Source: Candidatus Azambacteria bacterium RIFCSPHIGHO2_02_FULL_52_12 (GTDB taxonomy: Bacteria > Patescibacteriota > Minisyncoccia > GWC2-36-17 > WO2-46-25). From it: 36,235 nt of DNA. The notes under the pieces are model-generated. The model saw nothing but the letters and a program-made list of their open reading frames with translations, made no database searches and was not told the origin of the DNA. The DNA is taken from positions 16,486 to 52,720 of the forward strand of contig MEYP01000006.1 of assembly GCA_001775835.1 (NCBI GenBank). The letters run 5' to 3'. Below are positions 17,872-26,412 of this stretch, piece by piece (within the stretch, counting starts at the first letter, position 1; each line of letters begins with the position of its first letter). A program made the position numbers and the translations under genes.

Positions 17872-17994
17872 GTCCCCATCAGAATGCTTTTGCTTTGAGC
17901 GTTCTGATGGGGACTGAAAACCTTACCGAAGCACATAACCAATAGTTATGTGCTCGGTGCTCAATGTGAAAGTAAAATTTACTTCGCAGTGAGC
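17872..17994 (+). other. Three tandem stem-loops in the 154-nt rpsM-rpsK spacer (candidate cis-regulatory RNA or processing site)
   Basis: HP1 spans 17872-17914, with a 13-bp perfect stem gtccccatcagaa / ttctgatggggac. HP2 spans 17926-17957, with stems of 9 and 4 bp. HP3 spans 17959-17994 and is imperfect. Confidence 0.6.
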
Positions 17995-18017
17995 TCGCAA
18001 ATTTTAATCACATTGGC

Positions 18018-18473
18018 ATGGGAAAGAAGAAAATAACAACGCAGAACGAAGCGCAGATGTTGAAAGAAACAGGAGCCCTTGAAACGGCGTCTAAGAAAGT
18101 CGCGGCCGCGCCCGCCTCAAGCAAACGTTTCATAAAAAGCGGCAAAGCATACGTGCAGGCGACCTACAACAATACCATCGTATCGTTGACGGATGATGCG
18201 GGCAACGTGCTTGGCTGGGCGTCCGCGGGTTCCATGGGATTTAAAGGAGCGAAAAAATCGACGCCGTTCGCCGCGTCCAAAGTCGTTGAAGCGGTGGTGG
18301 AAAAGGGAAAGAAGGCCGGCATGCAGGATGTCGCGGTTTATGTGAAAGGCATCGGTTCAGGCAGAGAATCGGCCGTCCGGTCCCTCGCTACCCATCTTAA
18401 TCTGTCCAGCATAACGGACGTGACCCCCATCCCGCATAACGGATGCCGGCCGCCGAAAGTCAGGAGAGTATAA
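18018..18473 (+). CDS. rpsK: 30S ribosomal protein S11 (N-terminally extended)
   Basis: The 151-aa ORF contains [18 protein letters not shown] and ends [20 protein letters not shown]. Confidence 0.93.
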   Translation: MGKKKITTQNEAQMLKETGALETASKKVAAAPASSKRFIKSGKAYVQATYNNTIVSLTDDAGNVLGWASAGSMGFKGAKKSTPFAASKVVEAVVEKGKKAGMQDVAVYVKGIGSGRESAVRSLATHLNLSSITDVTPIPHNGCRPPKVRRV

Positions 18474-18514
18474 CAGAAATAGAAACTAGAATTTAGAAAA
18501 TAGAAACTAGAATA
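18473..18514 (+). repeat. Heptad array (TAGAAnn)x5-6 filling the rpsK-rpsD spacer
   Basis: The sequence is acagaaa tagaaac tagaatt tagaaaa tagaaac tagaatATG. The last unit overlaps the rpsD start, and there is no SD. Confidence 0.9.
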
Positions 18515-19134
18515 TGATCGATCCAAAATGCCACCAATGCCGCCACGCGGGTGAAAAACTCTTTTTGAAAGGAGCGCGTTGTTTTTCGCCAAAATGCGCA
18601 ATCGTGCGCAGAGTCGGGCCTCCCGGCGTGCATGGCGCGAAACGCAAGCGCGCGGGCTCGGAATTCGGCGTTCAATTGCAGGAGAAGCAGAAGGTGAAAC
18701 GAAGCTACGGATTGCGGGAGCGGCAGTTCCGGAAATATTTCGAGACCGCCAGCAAAAGCAAAGGGGAGACGTCTGCGATGCTGGCGCGCATTCTGGAAAC
18801 CCGTTTGGACAATATCGTATTCCGGCTCGGTTTTTCCGGTTCGCGCAGCCAGGCGCGCCAGATGGTCGGGCACGGCCACTTCACGGTGAACGGCAGGCGC
18901 GTCGACGTTCCTTCGATTCAGGTTAAAAAAGGAGATGTGGTCGCCATCAGGCCGCAATCGGCTTCCAAAAAGATATTCACCGACCTGCGCGCCATTTTAA
19001 AAAAGCATGAACCGCCCGTATGGCTTTCTTTGGACAAGGAAAATCTGAAGGGGCAGGTGGAGAAAGTTCCCGGGTATGATGAAATGGAGATGCCGTTCAA
19101 TTTGCAGCTTATCACTGAATTTTATTCAAAATAA
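18514..19134 (+). CDS. rpsD: 30S ribosomal protein S4
   Basis: The 206-aa ORF has an N-terminal Cys cluster (CHQCRHAGEKLFLKGARCFSPKC) and an S4 domain (RLDNIVFRLGF..SRSQARQMVGHGHF.VNG). Confidence 0.95.
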   Translation: MIDPKCHQCRHAGEKLFLKGARCFSPKCAIVRRVGPPGVHGAKRKRAGSEFGVQLQEKQKVKRSYGLRERQFRKYFETASKSKGETSAMLARILETRLDNIVFRLGFSGSRSQARQMVGHGHFTVNGRRVDVPSIQVKKGDVVAIRPQSASKKIFTDLRAILKKHEPPVWLSLDKENLKGQVEKVPGYDEMEMPFNLQLITEFYSK

Positions 19135-19200
19135 TTAATCACCAAAGGGCGGGCAGGGAAACTATAATATGGTATGCCTGATCGCCACGAGGCAATGTGT

Positions 19201-20169
19201 ATGTATATAACGCTCCCCAAAAAACCGGAGGTCATCAAGAAGGACAGGTTTCACGCGACCATCGAGATCGAGAATCTCTATCCGGGATACGGCATGACGC
19301 TCGGAAACGCCCTGCGAAGGGTTCTGCTTTCCTCGCTTGAAGGGTCGGCCGCGACGCTGGTGAAGATCAAGGGGGCATCGCATGAATTCTCGACCATTCC
19401 CAACGTCATGGAAGACGTGGTTGAAATTCTGCTGAATATCAAAAAACTGCGGTTCAAACTGCACTCGGAAGAGCCGCAAAAAGTGCACATCAAGGTGCAT
19501 GGGGAAAAAAAGGTGACGGCAAAGGATATCGAGGCGCCAAGCCAGGTTGAAGTGGTCAATACTGACGCGCATATCGCCACGCTGACCGATAAAAAAGCCG
19601 ATTTTGAAGCTGAAATAACCATTGAGAGGGGATTCGGCTATGTGCCGGTTGAAAATAGAAGGAAAGAAAAACTGGATATCGGCACGATTGCGCTCGATGC
19701 CATCTTCACTCCTTTGCGGAAAGTCAATTACGAAGTGGAGAATATGCGCGTGGGCGAACGAACCGATTTCGACCGGCTCCGTTTTTTCATCGAGACGGAT
19801 GGCATCATCGACCCGGAAGAAGCGTTTACGAAGGCCGCGCGCACGTTAGTGGACCAATTCCAGGAATTGATCGCGATGAAAGAGAGCGCGCCCGCGCAAG
19901 AAGGCGTTGAGCCGGACGAAAAAGAGAAAAAAGAAGAATCGGGTGAGAAGGAAAAAGACGGCGATGCGCTTAAAACAAAGGTTTCAGACCTGGCGCTGGG
20001 CTCACGCGCCATGCGCGCGCTTGAAGAAGCGGGCATCAAGACGGTGAGCGGCTTGATTCGCAAGACGGAATCTGATATATTGGCGCTCGAAGGCATGGGA
20101 GAAAAAGGCGTTTCAGAAATCAAGAAAGTTTTGAAAAAACTGGGCGTCAGCTTAAAAACGGAAGAATAA
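19201..20169 (+). CDS. rpoA: DNA-directed RNA polymerase subunit alpha
   Basis: The ORF contains GYGMTLGNALRRVLLSSLEG and a C-terminal HhH domain (LSDLALGSRAMRALEEAGIKTVSGL). The start at 19201 follows GAGG (19189-19192) by 8 nt. The alternative in-frame ATG is at 19174, 5 nt after TATAAT (19163-19168). Confidence 0.9.
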   Translation: MYITLPKKPEVIKKDRFHATIEIENLYPGYGMTLGNALRRVLLSSLEGSAATLVKIKGASHEFSTIPNVMEDVVEILLNIKKLRFKLHSEEPQKVHIKVHGEKKVTAKDIEAPSQVEVVNTDAHIATLTDKKADFEAEITIERGFGYVPVENRRKEKLDIGTIALDAIFTPLRKVNYEVENMRVGERTDFDRLRFFIETDGIIDPEEAFTKAARTLVDQFQELIAMKESAPAQEGVEPDEKEKKEESGEKEKDGDALKTKVSDLALGSRAMRALEEAGIKTVSGLIRKTESDILALEGMGEKGVSEIKKVLKKLGVSLKTEE

Positions 20170-20173
20170 TCCA

Positions 20174-20521
20174 ATGCGACACCTTAAAAAAGGCAGAAAA
20201 TTTCACCGGGAATCCGCACAGCGAAAAGCGCTCATGAAAGCGCTCTTGACCGCGCTCGTCGTCAACGGCAAGATTAAGACGACCCACGCCAAGGCGAAAG
20301 AATTACGTCCTGCGATAGAGAAAATGATCACGCGCGCAAAAGTGAAAACCCCCTATAATATCCGTCTTATCCGCAAGACGCTTGCCGAAAAAGTCACGAA
20401 AAAATTATTCGGAGAAATAGCGGCAAAATATCAGGATCGGGCCGGGGGCTATACGCGCATCATCCGGCTGGGACAGCGCAAATCAGACAGCTCTTCCATG
20501 GCGCATATCGAATTCATATGA
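20174..20521 (+). CDS. rplQ: 50S ribosomal protein L17
   Basis: The 115-aa ORF begins MRHLKKGRKFHRESAQRKAL and contains GGYTRIIRLGQRKSD. Confidence 0.95.
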   Translation: MRHLKKGRKFHRESAQRKALMKALLTALVVNGKIKTTHAKAKELRPAIEKMITRAKVKTPYNIRLIRKTLAEKVTKKLFGEIAAKYQDRAGGYTRIIRLGQRKSDSSSMAHIEFI

Positions 20522-20892
20522 AAAACAAGGAGCGCAACGCGCATACAATCGATGCAACGGACAAATCGCTGGGCCGACTCGCCACCGAAGTCGCTTTATT
20601 GCTGATGGGCAAGAACAAAGCGACTTTCCAACGCCACATTGACGGGGGAGATTCCGTCGATGTGTTCAATTTTGACGCGGTAAAGATAACCGGCAATAAA
20701 CGCGAGCAGAAGACCTATTACCGGCATTCCGGATATCCCGGCGGCCTGAAGGAAGAGAAGCTTAAGAATCTGCTTGAAAGAAACCCGGGAGAAGTCCTGA
20801 AGAAAGCCGTATACGGCATGTTACCGAAGAATAAACTGCGCCCGCTCATGATAAAGCGGCTTACGACGCATCGGAAAGAAATCGCATCATAA
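20518..20892 (+). CDS. rplM: 50S ribosomal protein L13
   Basis: The 124-aa ORF contains IDATDKSLGRLATEVALLLMGK, YYRHSGYPGGLK and AVYGMLPKN. An ATGA overlap couples it to rplQ. Confidence 0.95.
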   Translation: MKNKERNAHTIDATDKSLGRLATEVALLLMGKNKATFQRHIDGGDSVDVFNFDAVKITGNKREQKTYYRHSGYPGGLKEEKLKNLLERNPGEVLKKAVYGMLPKNKLRPLMIKRLTTHRKEIAS

Positions 20893-20901
20893 CGGGAAAC
20901 C

Positions 20902-21438
20902 ATGAAAACCACAAAAACCACAACCGCATCAAAAACGGAAAAAGAGAAAAAACGAGCAACAGCCGAGGAGCGCGTTGTTCCTGTTGTCGACACCGCCGCT
21001 GTTTCTCCGGAAGACGACGGTGAGAATATCACCTATGTGACCGACACGAAGTCAGACCGGTATTATGAAGCCGTGGGAAGGAGAAAAACGGCAATCGCGC
21101 GCGTAAGGATTTATACCAAAGGGACTGGCTGTGCGGTAAACGGCAAAGATTACATGACCTATTTCCCGCTTGCAACACTGCGCATCATCGACGCGCCTTT
21201 GAAGAAAATGAAGAGCATGGACCGTTTCAGGATAGAAGCCCTGCTCTCGGGCGGCGGCCTGCATGCGCAGGCGGAGGCTTTACGCCACGGCATCGCGCGG
21301 GCGCTGGTGGTTTTCAACCAGGATTTTCGAAAGCGGTTAAAGCGGGCGAAATTTTTGAAACGCGACCCGCGCCGGAAGGAACGAAAGAAATTCGGACTCA
21401 AAAAAGCAAGAAAGGCTCCGCGATGGAGCAAGCGCTAG
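20902..21438 (+). CDS. rpsI: 30S ribosomal protein S9 (N-terminally extended)
   Basis: The 178-aa ORF contains YEAVGRRKTAIARVRIY, GGGLHAQAEALRHGIARAL and a C-terminal ...PRWSKR. Confidence 0.93.
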   Translation: MKTTKTTTASKTEKEKKRATAEERVVPVVDTAAVSPEDDGENITYVTDTKSDRYYEAVGRRKTAIARVRIYTKGTGCAVNGKDYMTYFPLATLRIIDAPLKKMKSMDRFRIEALLSGGGLHAQAEALRHGIARALVVFNQDFRKRLKRAKFLKRDPRRKERKKFGLKKARKAPRWSKR

Positions 21439-21451
21439 CCGATGCTGTATT

Positions 21452-21487
21452 AAAAAAATCCCTCTACCAACAGGCGGAGGGATTTTT
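21452..21487. terminator. Bidirectional intrinsic terminator between convergent genes
   Basis: The hairpin is aaaaaaatccctc-(loop)-gagggattttt, with an A-run and a T-run flanking a GC core. Confidence 0.7.
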
Positions 21488-21488
21488 G

Positions 21489-22883
21489 TTATTCGAGCAG
21501 CGATATTTTCTTGAGCGTCGTTCCGTCAAGGAAGTAGATGGTGTCGTCATAGGAATTATAGATGATCTTTGAGGAGCTCTTTACCGCGATGACGTCGTGC
21601 GTATTGCGTTCATCCCTGCCGTCGAGCTCGGTCAATTTCAGTTTTCCCTCCGTGGTGAACAGGATGTGTTCGTTGTCGTACGCGAACCATTCGCTGTTTT
21701 GGATGGGCCGGGAAAATCGCGTGATGAGTTCGATATCTCCGATCTTTTTGTACGGCTGGATGAGAATGTCCCTCAAATAGAGCACGTATAGCTCATTTTG
21801 ATTCTGATAGAGCAGTTTTTTCTTATCGGAAGAAAATGCGGCTTTCAGCACGTTGCGGGCAATTTGGTTGAAGGCGTTTTTTTCATTATCATAGAGGAAA
21901 AGCGTTTTTTTGCTGTCGATGATGGCGATATGCCCGTCATCCGACCGGAGCATCTTTCCGGCGTTATCAAAATTCTCAAGGGGCGTTCGGGTGATCTGCG
22001 TCGTTTCGCCCGACGCAAGATCTTTTTCGTAGAGAATCGTCGGCGTTATCGTCGCGTACATCACCTTTGAGCCGAACAACTCGAAATTGCTTACATTTCT
22101 CGCCAGAACTGTTTTCTCGCCGGGCGTATCAAGATCAAGCGCATAGAGGGCGTTTTGGTCGGAAAGCGCCACCAGTTTTTTCTGGCCGCCGGGGTACTGT
22201 TTCAGCTTCATGTATTGCTCCATCTCATCTTCGGGGATGTCGGTGACCGTTCCGGTATCGCGGTTGAGGACATATTTTCTTGTTTTGTTCTTTTGCAGGC
22301 TTTCGATGATGAGATAGTTTTCGTCGCTTCCGAAATTTATCTTTCCGATGGATTCTCCTTCAGCGCGGGGGATCAGAGTCGCCGCGTTCGTGGAAACGTC
22401 CAGCACGGTAATGCCTTCTTTCTGAACGAACGCGATGAGCGCATGAGAATCGGATATGATAAAACCGTTGATCGCCAAAGCGATGATAATAGCCTGTTTT
22501 TCCAAAGGAGCCAGAAAAATATTGCGCGCTTCCGTCACCTTATTGGGCTCTATATCAAGCGTTTTTTCCCATGGCGCAAAACCCGATTTTTCAACCCGTA
22601 CGGCGTGCCGGGCGGGGGTGAGCCGGGAAACAAGCTTGCCCTGGGAAAGCAGAAATGTGCTGGTCGTCCCCTTGAGCGCGCCGTCGATGCGTATGTCCGT
22701 TCCTTTCGGGTATGCGCCGATATAGACGCCCCCCGTCTTTTCAAGGCTTCCCGTGCCCCAATTCATCCGGTATCCCGAAGAATACAAAATGACCAACGGC
22801 GTCCCGATGAGAAAAGCCGCCGCCAAGAGCGCGAAATAAAGCCTTCGTTGCGTGAGCGTCATCGTAGGTATGGTAGCATACAC
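21489..22883 (-). CDS. PEGA-domain membrane-anchored protein with beta-propeller-like C-terminal region
   Basis: The 464-aa ORF has an N-terminal TM helix (LYFALLAAAFLIGTPLVILY) and a PEGA-like segment (GAYPKGTDIRIDGALKGTT...LTPARHAVRVEKSGFAPWEKTLDI). Confidence 0.7.
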   Translation of the reverse strand: MYATIPTMTLTQRRLYFALLAAAFLIGTPLVILYSSGYRMNWGTGSLEKTGGVYIGAYPKGTDIRIDGALKGTTSTFLLSQGKLVSRLTPARHAVRVEKSGFAPWEKTLDIEPNKVTEARNIFLAPLEKQAIIIALAINGFIISDSHALIAFVQKEGITVLDVSTNAATLIPRAEGESIGKINFGSDENYLIIESLQKNKTRKYVLNRDTGTVTDIPEDEMEQYMKLKQYPGGQKKLVALSDQNALYALDLDTPGEKTVLARNVSNFELFGSKVMYATITPTILYEKDLASGETTQITRTPLENFDNAGKMLRSDDGHIAIIDSKKTLFLYDNEKNAFNQIARNVLKAAFSSDKKKLLYQNQNELYVLYLRDILIQPYKKIGDIELITRFSRPIQNSEWFAYDNEHILFTTEGKLKLTELDGRDERNTHDVIAVKSSSKIIYNSYDDTIYFLDGTTLKKISLLE

Positions 22884-22949
22884 AAGACGCGCCGCACAAT
22901 AATTATTCCGGGATTATAGAGCATTTTGCATTTAGGAGGCGCGCATGAT

Positions 22950-23960
22950 ATGCTGAATGAAGAAATATTTATTTTTTTACATCATACTATGCCAAAAGTA
23001 TTCGTTACCAGAAAGATCCCTGACGCGGGGATCCGCATGTTGGAGCAAAAAGGATATGCGGTCGCGGTCAGCGCGAAAGACGGCGTGCTCACGAAAGATG
23101 AATTAGGACAGGAATTGCAGGGGAAACAGTATGACGCGCTCTTGTCTTTGCTGACTGACAAGATAGACGGGGCGATTTTGGACGCCGCCGGAGCGCAGCT
23201 GAAGATCGTCGCAAACTACGCCGTCGGCTATGATAATTTTGCCCTGGCCGATTTCAAGCAGCGCAACATTTACGCGACCAACACGCCCGACGTGCTGACC
23301 AACACGGTCGCCGAGCACGCGTTCGGTCTCATCCTCTCCATCGCCCAGCGCATCGCGGAAGGGGACAGGTTCACCAGGGCCGGCAAGTATCACGGCTGGC
23401 AGCCGATGCTCCTTTTGGGGAACGACCTGTATAAAAAAACGCTCGGCATCCTGGGTCTGGGGCGGATAGGCAGCCGCGTCGCGCACCATGGTTCGCGCGG
23501 TTTCGATATGCCCGTCATCTATTATGACGTGCGCCGCAACGAGGCGTTTGAAAAAGAATATAACGCGACATTCATGGCGACTCCCGAAGAGCTGCTCGCG
23601 CGAGCCGACTTCGTGTCCGTGCACGTGCCGCTTTTGCCGACAACGCATCATCTTATGAATGCCGAACGCTTAGGGATGATGAAGAAAACCGCTTATCTTA
23701 TCAATACGTCGCGCGGTCCCATCATCGACGAAGCGGCATTGGTGGAAGCATTGCGCACTAAGGTCATCAGGGGCGCGGCGCTTGACGTGTTTGAAAAAGA
23801 GCCGGATCTCGCGCCGGGCCTTGCGGAGCTTGAAAACGTCGTGCTGACGCCCCACACCGCTTCCGCGACGGAAGAGACGCGCGCCGCCATGTCGGAAGTC
23901 GCCGCCCGGAATATCATCGAAGCCCTTGAGGGCCGCGTTCCTCCCAATGCGCTTTCTTAA
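22950..23960 (+). CDS. D-isomer-specific 2-hydroxyacid dehydrogenase (glyoxylate/hydroxypyruvate reductase-like)
   Basis: The ORF has the NAD-binding motif GILGLGRIGSRVA and catalytic-region motifs (NTSRGPIIDE, ALDVFEKEP, TPHTASAT). The start at 22950 lies 10 nt after AGGAGG. The alternative start at 22989 gives MPKVFVTRKIP. Confidence 0.88.
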   Translation: MLNEEIFIFLHHTMPKVFVTRKIPDAGIRMLEQKGYAVAVSAKDGVLTKDELGQELQGKQYDALLSLLTDKIDGAILDAAGAQLKIVANYAVGYDNFALADFKQRNIYATNTPDVLTNTVAEHAFGLILSIAQRIAEGDRFTRAGKYHGWQPMLLLGNDLYKKTLGILGLGRIGSRVAHHGSRGFDMPVIYYDVRRNEAFEKEYNATFMATPEELLARADFVSVHVPLLPTTHHLMNAERLGMMKKTAYLINTSRGPIIDEAALVEALRTKVIRGAALDVFEKEPDLAPGLAELENVVLTPHTASATEETRAAMSEVAARNIIEALEGRVPPNALS

Positions 23961-23972
23961 GCTGTTGAGGGG

Positions 23973-24001
23973 TTGATTATTTTTTTCATCCATGCTATTC
24001 T
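23973..24001 (+). promoter_or_regulatory. Sigma-70-type promoter with extended -10
   Basis: TTGATT (23973-23978), a 17-bp spacer, then TGc-TATTCT (23996-24001). It is preceded by GGGG, as at the ends of the inverted-repeat elements. Confidence 0.55.
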
Positions 24002-24027
24002 TAATCAGTCGAAGAAGCCCTTTCCTT

Positions 24028-24336
24028 ATGGCGAAAAAGGCGACAAAAACCATATTTTTGGGACTCTGTCCGATTTGCCGCAAGAAATTGCACGAAAAGA
24101 ACCTTGCGATCATCGATAAAAGCAATGTCACGACGCTCTGTTGCGTTAAATGCCTTTCGTGCGAAAGCTCCGTTCTGTTCACTGTCGCGTCGCAGGAGCA
24201 CAACATGGTGACTACGGTGGGGATCCTGACGGATGTCCAGGCGCAAGACATTGCGATGCTCAAAAACGGCGCCAAAGTGGATTATGACGACGTGCTGGCA
24301 ATGCACGTATTTTTAGAAAAACATGGCACATCTTAA
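24028..24336 (+). CDS. Zinc-ribbon-containing hypothetical protein (102 aa)
   Basis: The start is the internal ATG (MAKKATKTIFLGLCPICRKKL...CCVKCLSCES). It overlaps the L25 start by 14 nt. Confidence 0.5.
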   Translation: MAKKATKTIFLGLCPICRKKLHEKNLAIIDKSNVTTLCCVKCLSCESSVLFTVASQEHNMVTTVGILTDVQAQDIAMLKNGAKVDYDDVLAMHVFLEKHGTS

Positions 24337-25003
24337 AGCAAAACCAAGAGACGTGGAAAAAGACAGCATTAAGCGGATGCGGAAAACGGGAAGCGTTCCC
24401 GCTGTTTTGTACGGGCATAAAGTCAAAAATCTGCACCTGACGCTGGACGGCTCGCTGTTTCAAAAATTATATAAAACGGCCGGAAGGACGACGGTGGTCG
24501 GCTTAGCGTTGGAAGGAGAGAAGGAAGACCGCAACGTGCTCATTCATGAGGTTGCCGTCGATCCGGTCTGGAGCTTCGTTACGCATGTCGATCTGTATCA
24601 GGTCAATGCGAAAGAAAAGATAAAAACGGAGGTTCCGCTGGTTTTCATCGGCGAATCGAACGCGGTGAAGTCGGAAGGAGGCGTGCTCGTGAAGAATATC
24701 CATCATGTCGAAGTTGAGGCGTTCTTCAAGGACTTGCCCCATGAAATCAAGGTGGATATTTCCAAACTGGCGACCTTTGCCGACAGCATTACCGTCGCAG
24801 ATCTGGATATCGCTCCTGAAGTCAAGATCCACGCCGATCCCAAGGAAGTCATCGCGAAAGTCGCTCCGCCGCGAACCGAAACGGAATTGGCTTCTCTGAA
24901 AGAAGAGGTGGTCATAAAAGTTGATGAAGTGAAGGTGGAGGGCGAGGAGAAGAAGAAGGAGCGCGAAACCGCCCAAGCCCTCGAGGAAAAAACGGAGAAG
25001 TAA
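24323..25003 (+). CDS. rplY: 50S ribosomal protein L25 / general stress protein Ctc
   Basis: The 226-aa ORF contains RMRKTGSVPAVLYGH, HVDLYQV and VPLVFIGESNAVKSEGGVL, with an acidic C-terminal tail. Confidence 0.88.
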   Translation: MAHLKAKPRDVEKDSIKRMRKTGSVPAVLYGHKVKNLHLTLDGSLFQKLYKTAGRTTVVGLALEGEKEDRNVLIHEVAVDPVWSFVTHVDLYQVNAKEKIKTEVPLVFIGESNAVKSEGGVLVKNIHHVEVEAFFKDLPHEIKVDISKLATFADSITVADLDIAPEVKIHADPKEVIAKVAPPRTETELASLKEEVVIKVDEVKVEGEEKKKERETAQALEEKTEK

Positions 25004-25019
25004 TTCCCAATCCCCAATA

Positions 25020-26381
25020 ATGGGTGAATCATTGAAAATCGCATTTTGGTATTTTGAAAAAGCCTTGTTGAGCTTCGTGCTTACCGGGCTTTTTCTGTTT
25101 GCGGCGTCCGGCGCCGTTACGTGCGCGCAAAACGATGCCGGCGCCCCCCAAGACACCAAAGAAGCCCTGCGCGCGGAGCTGAAGGAGGTTGAGCGGCAGA
25201 TCGCCGAGTCCAACACGAACATTGATGAAGTCCGCAAACAGCAAAAATCCCTGAAGCAGGAAATCGCGCTCCTGGACCAGCAGGTTAAAAAACAGAAACT
25301 GCAGCTGCGCGAGACCGACCTTATTCTCAAAGAGGTCGAAGAAAACATCAAGGATACCGGCAACGAAATCAGCGGACTGGAAGGCACCCTGGAAGAAAGA
25401 AAGCGCCTGCTTGACGCGTCGCTTAAAAAACTCAACGAATATGACCGCACAAGCTGGGCGAGCATTTTTCTGATGAGCGACAGTTTATCCGGTTTTCTAA
25501 ACCAGATCCGCTATCTGCACGCCATTCAGGCGGATATCGCCGATTTCATCGCCAATATCGATACTATCCGCATGAATCTGGAAAGCCAAAAATCCGATTT
25601 AGAGGACAAGAAGACGGATATCTTGAGGTTGCGGGGACTGCAGAGCCTGCAAAAAACATCTCTGGAGCAGAAACAGAAGCAAAAAAGCGCGCTGCTTTCC
25701 CAAACAAAAGGACAGGAAAAGCTGTACGAGGCGACGATCAAGAAATCGAAAAAAGACATTATTTCCATCAAACAGCAGCTTTTCGTGCTTGAAAGCGTCG
25801 GGGTTTCCTTGTCGTTCGAGGAAGCGATGGAGCGGGCGAAATTCGCGGCTGAAAAAACAGGGATCCGTCCCGCATTTCTGCTTGCTGTTTTCCAGGTTGA
25901 ATCCCGTTTGGGAACCTATGTGGGCGGCGGTTCCTGGCGCGTTGACATGAAACCCAAAGAACGCTCAATCTTTTTACAGCTCACCAGCAAGCTGGGACTC
26001 GATCCGGACACCATGCCCGTATCAAAACGGCCCTCTTACGGCTGGGGCGGGGCCATGGGCGCGGCGCAATTCATCCCTTCCACGTGGATGATCTATGAAA
26101 ACCAGATAGCGGGCCTTACCGGGCACAATCCTCCTTCGCCGTGGAACATCGAGGACGCGTTCATCGCTTCCGCGCTGAAGCTGACTTCAAATGGAGCGGG
26201 AAGCCAAGCGCAAAAGGACGAACACAAAGCGGCAGCCATGTACCTGGGAGGAGGGAACTGGAAGAAACGCGTTTCGCAAAATTACGCAAATACGGTGCTG
26301 GACTGGGCCGAGTACTACCAGGAACAGATGGACGCCATCAACGGCGTGAGCGTTTCACGAAGCGCGATAGGGAATAATTAA
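25020..26381 (+). CDS. Exported coiled-coil protein with C-terminal lytic transglycosylase-like domain
   Basis: The 453-aa ORF has a signal/TM segment and about 230 aa of heptad coiled coil. It also has FLLAVFQVESRLG and GWGGAMGAAQFIPSTW, which is MltB/SLT-like. Confidence 0.72.
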   Translation: MGESLKIAFWYFEKALLSFVLTGLFLFAASGAVTCAQNDAGAPQDTKEALRAELKEVERQIAESNTNIDEVRKQQKSLKQEIALLDQQVKKQKLQLRETDLILKEVEENIKDTGNEISGLEGTLEERKRLLDASLKKLNEYDRTSWASIFLMSDSLSGFLNQIRYLHAIQADIADFIANIDTIRMNLESQKSDLEDKKTDILRLRGLQSLQKTSLEQKQKQKSALLSQTKGQEKLYEATIKKSKKDIISIKQQLFVLESVGVSLSFEEAMERAKFAAEKTGIRPAFLLAVFQVESRLGTYVGGGSWRVDMKPKERSIFLQLTSKLGLDPDTMPVSKRPSYGWGGAMGAAQFIPSTWMIYENQIAGLTGHNPPSPWNIEDAFIASALKLTSNGAGSQAQKDEHKAAAMYLGGGNWKKRVSQNYANTVLDWAEYYQEQMDAINGVSVSRSAIGNN

Positions 26382-26388
26382 ATAGCGT

Positions 26389-26406
26389 ATCCGCCAGCTG
26401 GCGGAT
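26389..26406. terminator. Palindromic hairpin between convergent genes (possible terminator)
   Basis: atccgccagctggcggat is a perfect 18-nt palindrome. The U-tracts are weak. Confidence 0.35.
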
Positions 26407-26412
26407 TAAAGA

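Noticed and set aside
17391-18514. Whether the TAGAA arrays are a CRISPR array.
   Set aside because: The units are 7 bp and contiguous, with no unique spacers, and no cas genes are nearby. The only Cas2-like fold is the PaaX-type regulator at 30219. These are micro/minisatellite-like junction elements, not CRISPR.
22945-22956. Mini-ORF ATG-ATA-TGC-TGA right after the AGGAGG upstream of the dehydrogenase.
   Set aside because: It is only three codons long and overlaps the in-frame ATG at 22950. This is more simply explained by start-site ambiguity than by a regulatory leader peptide.
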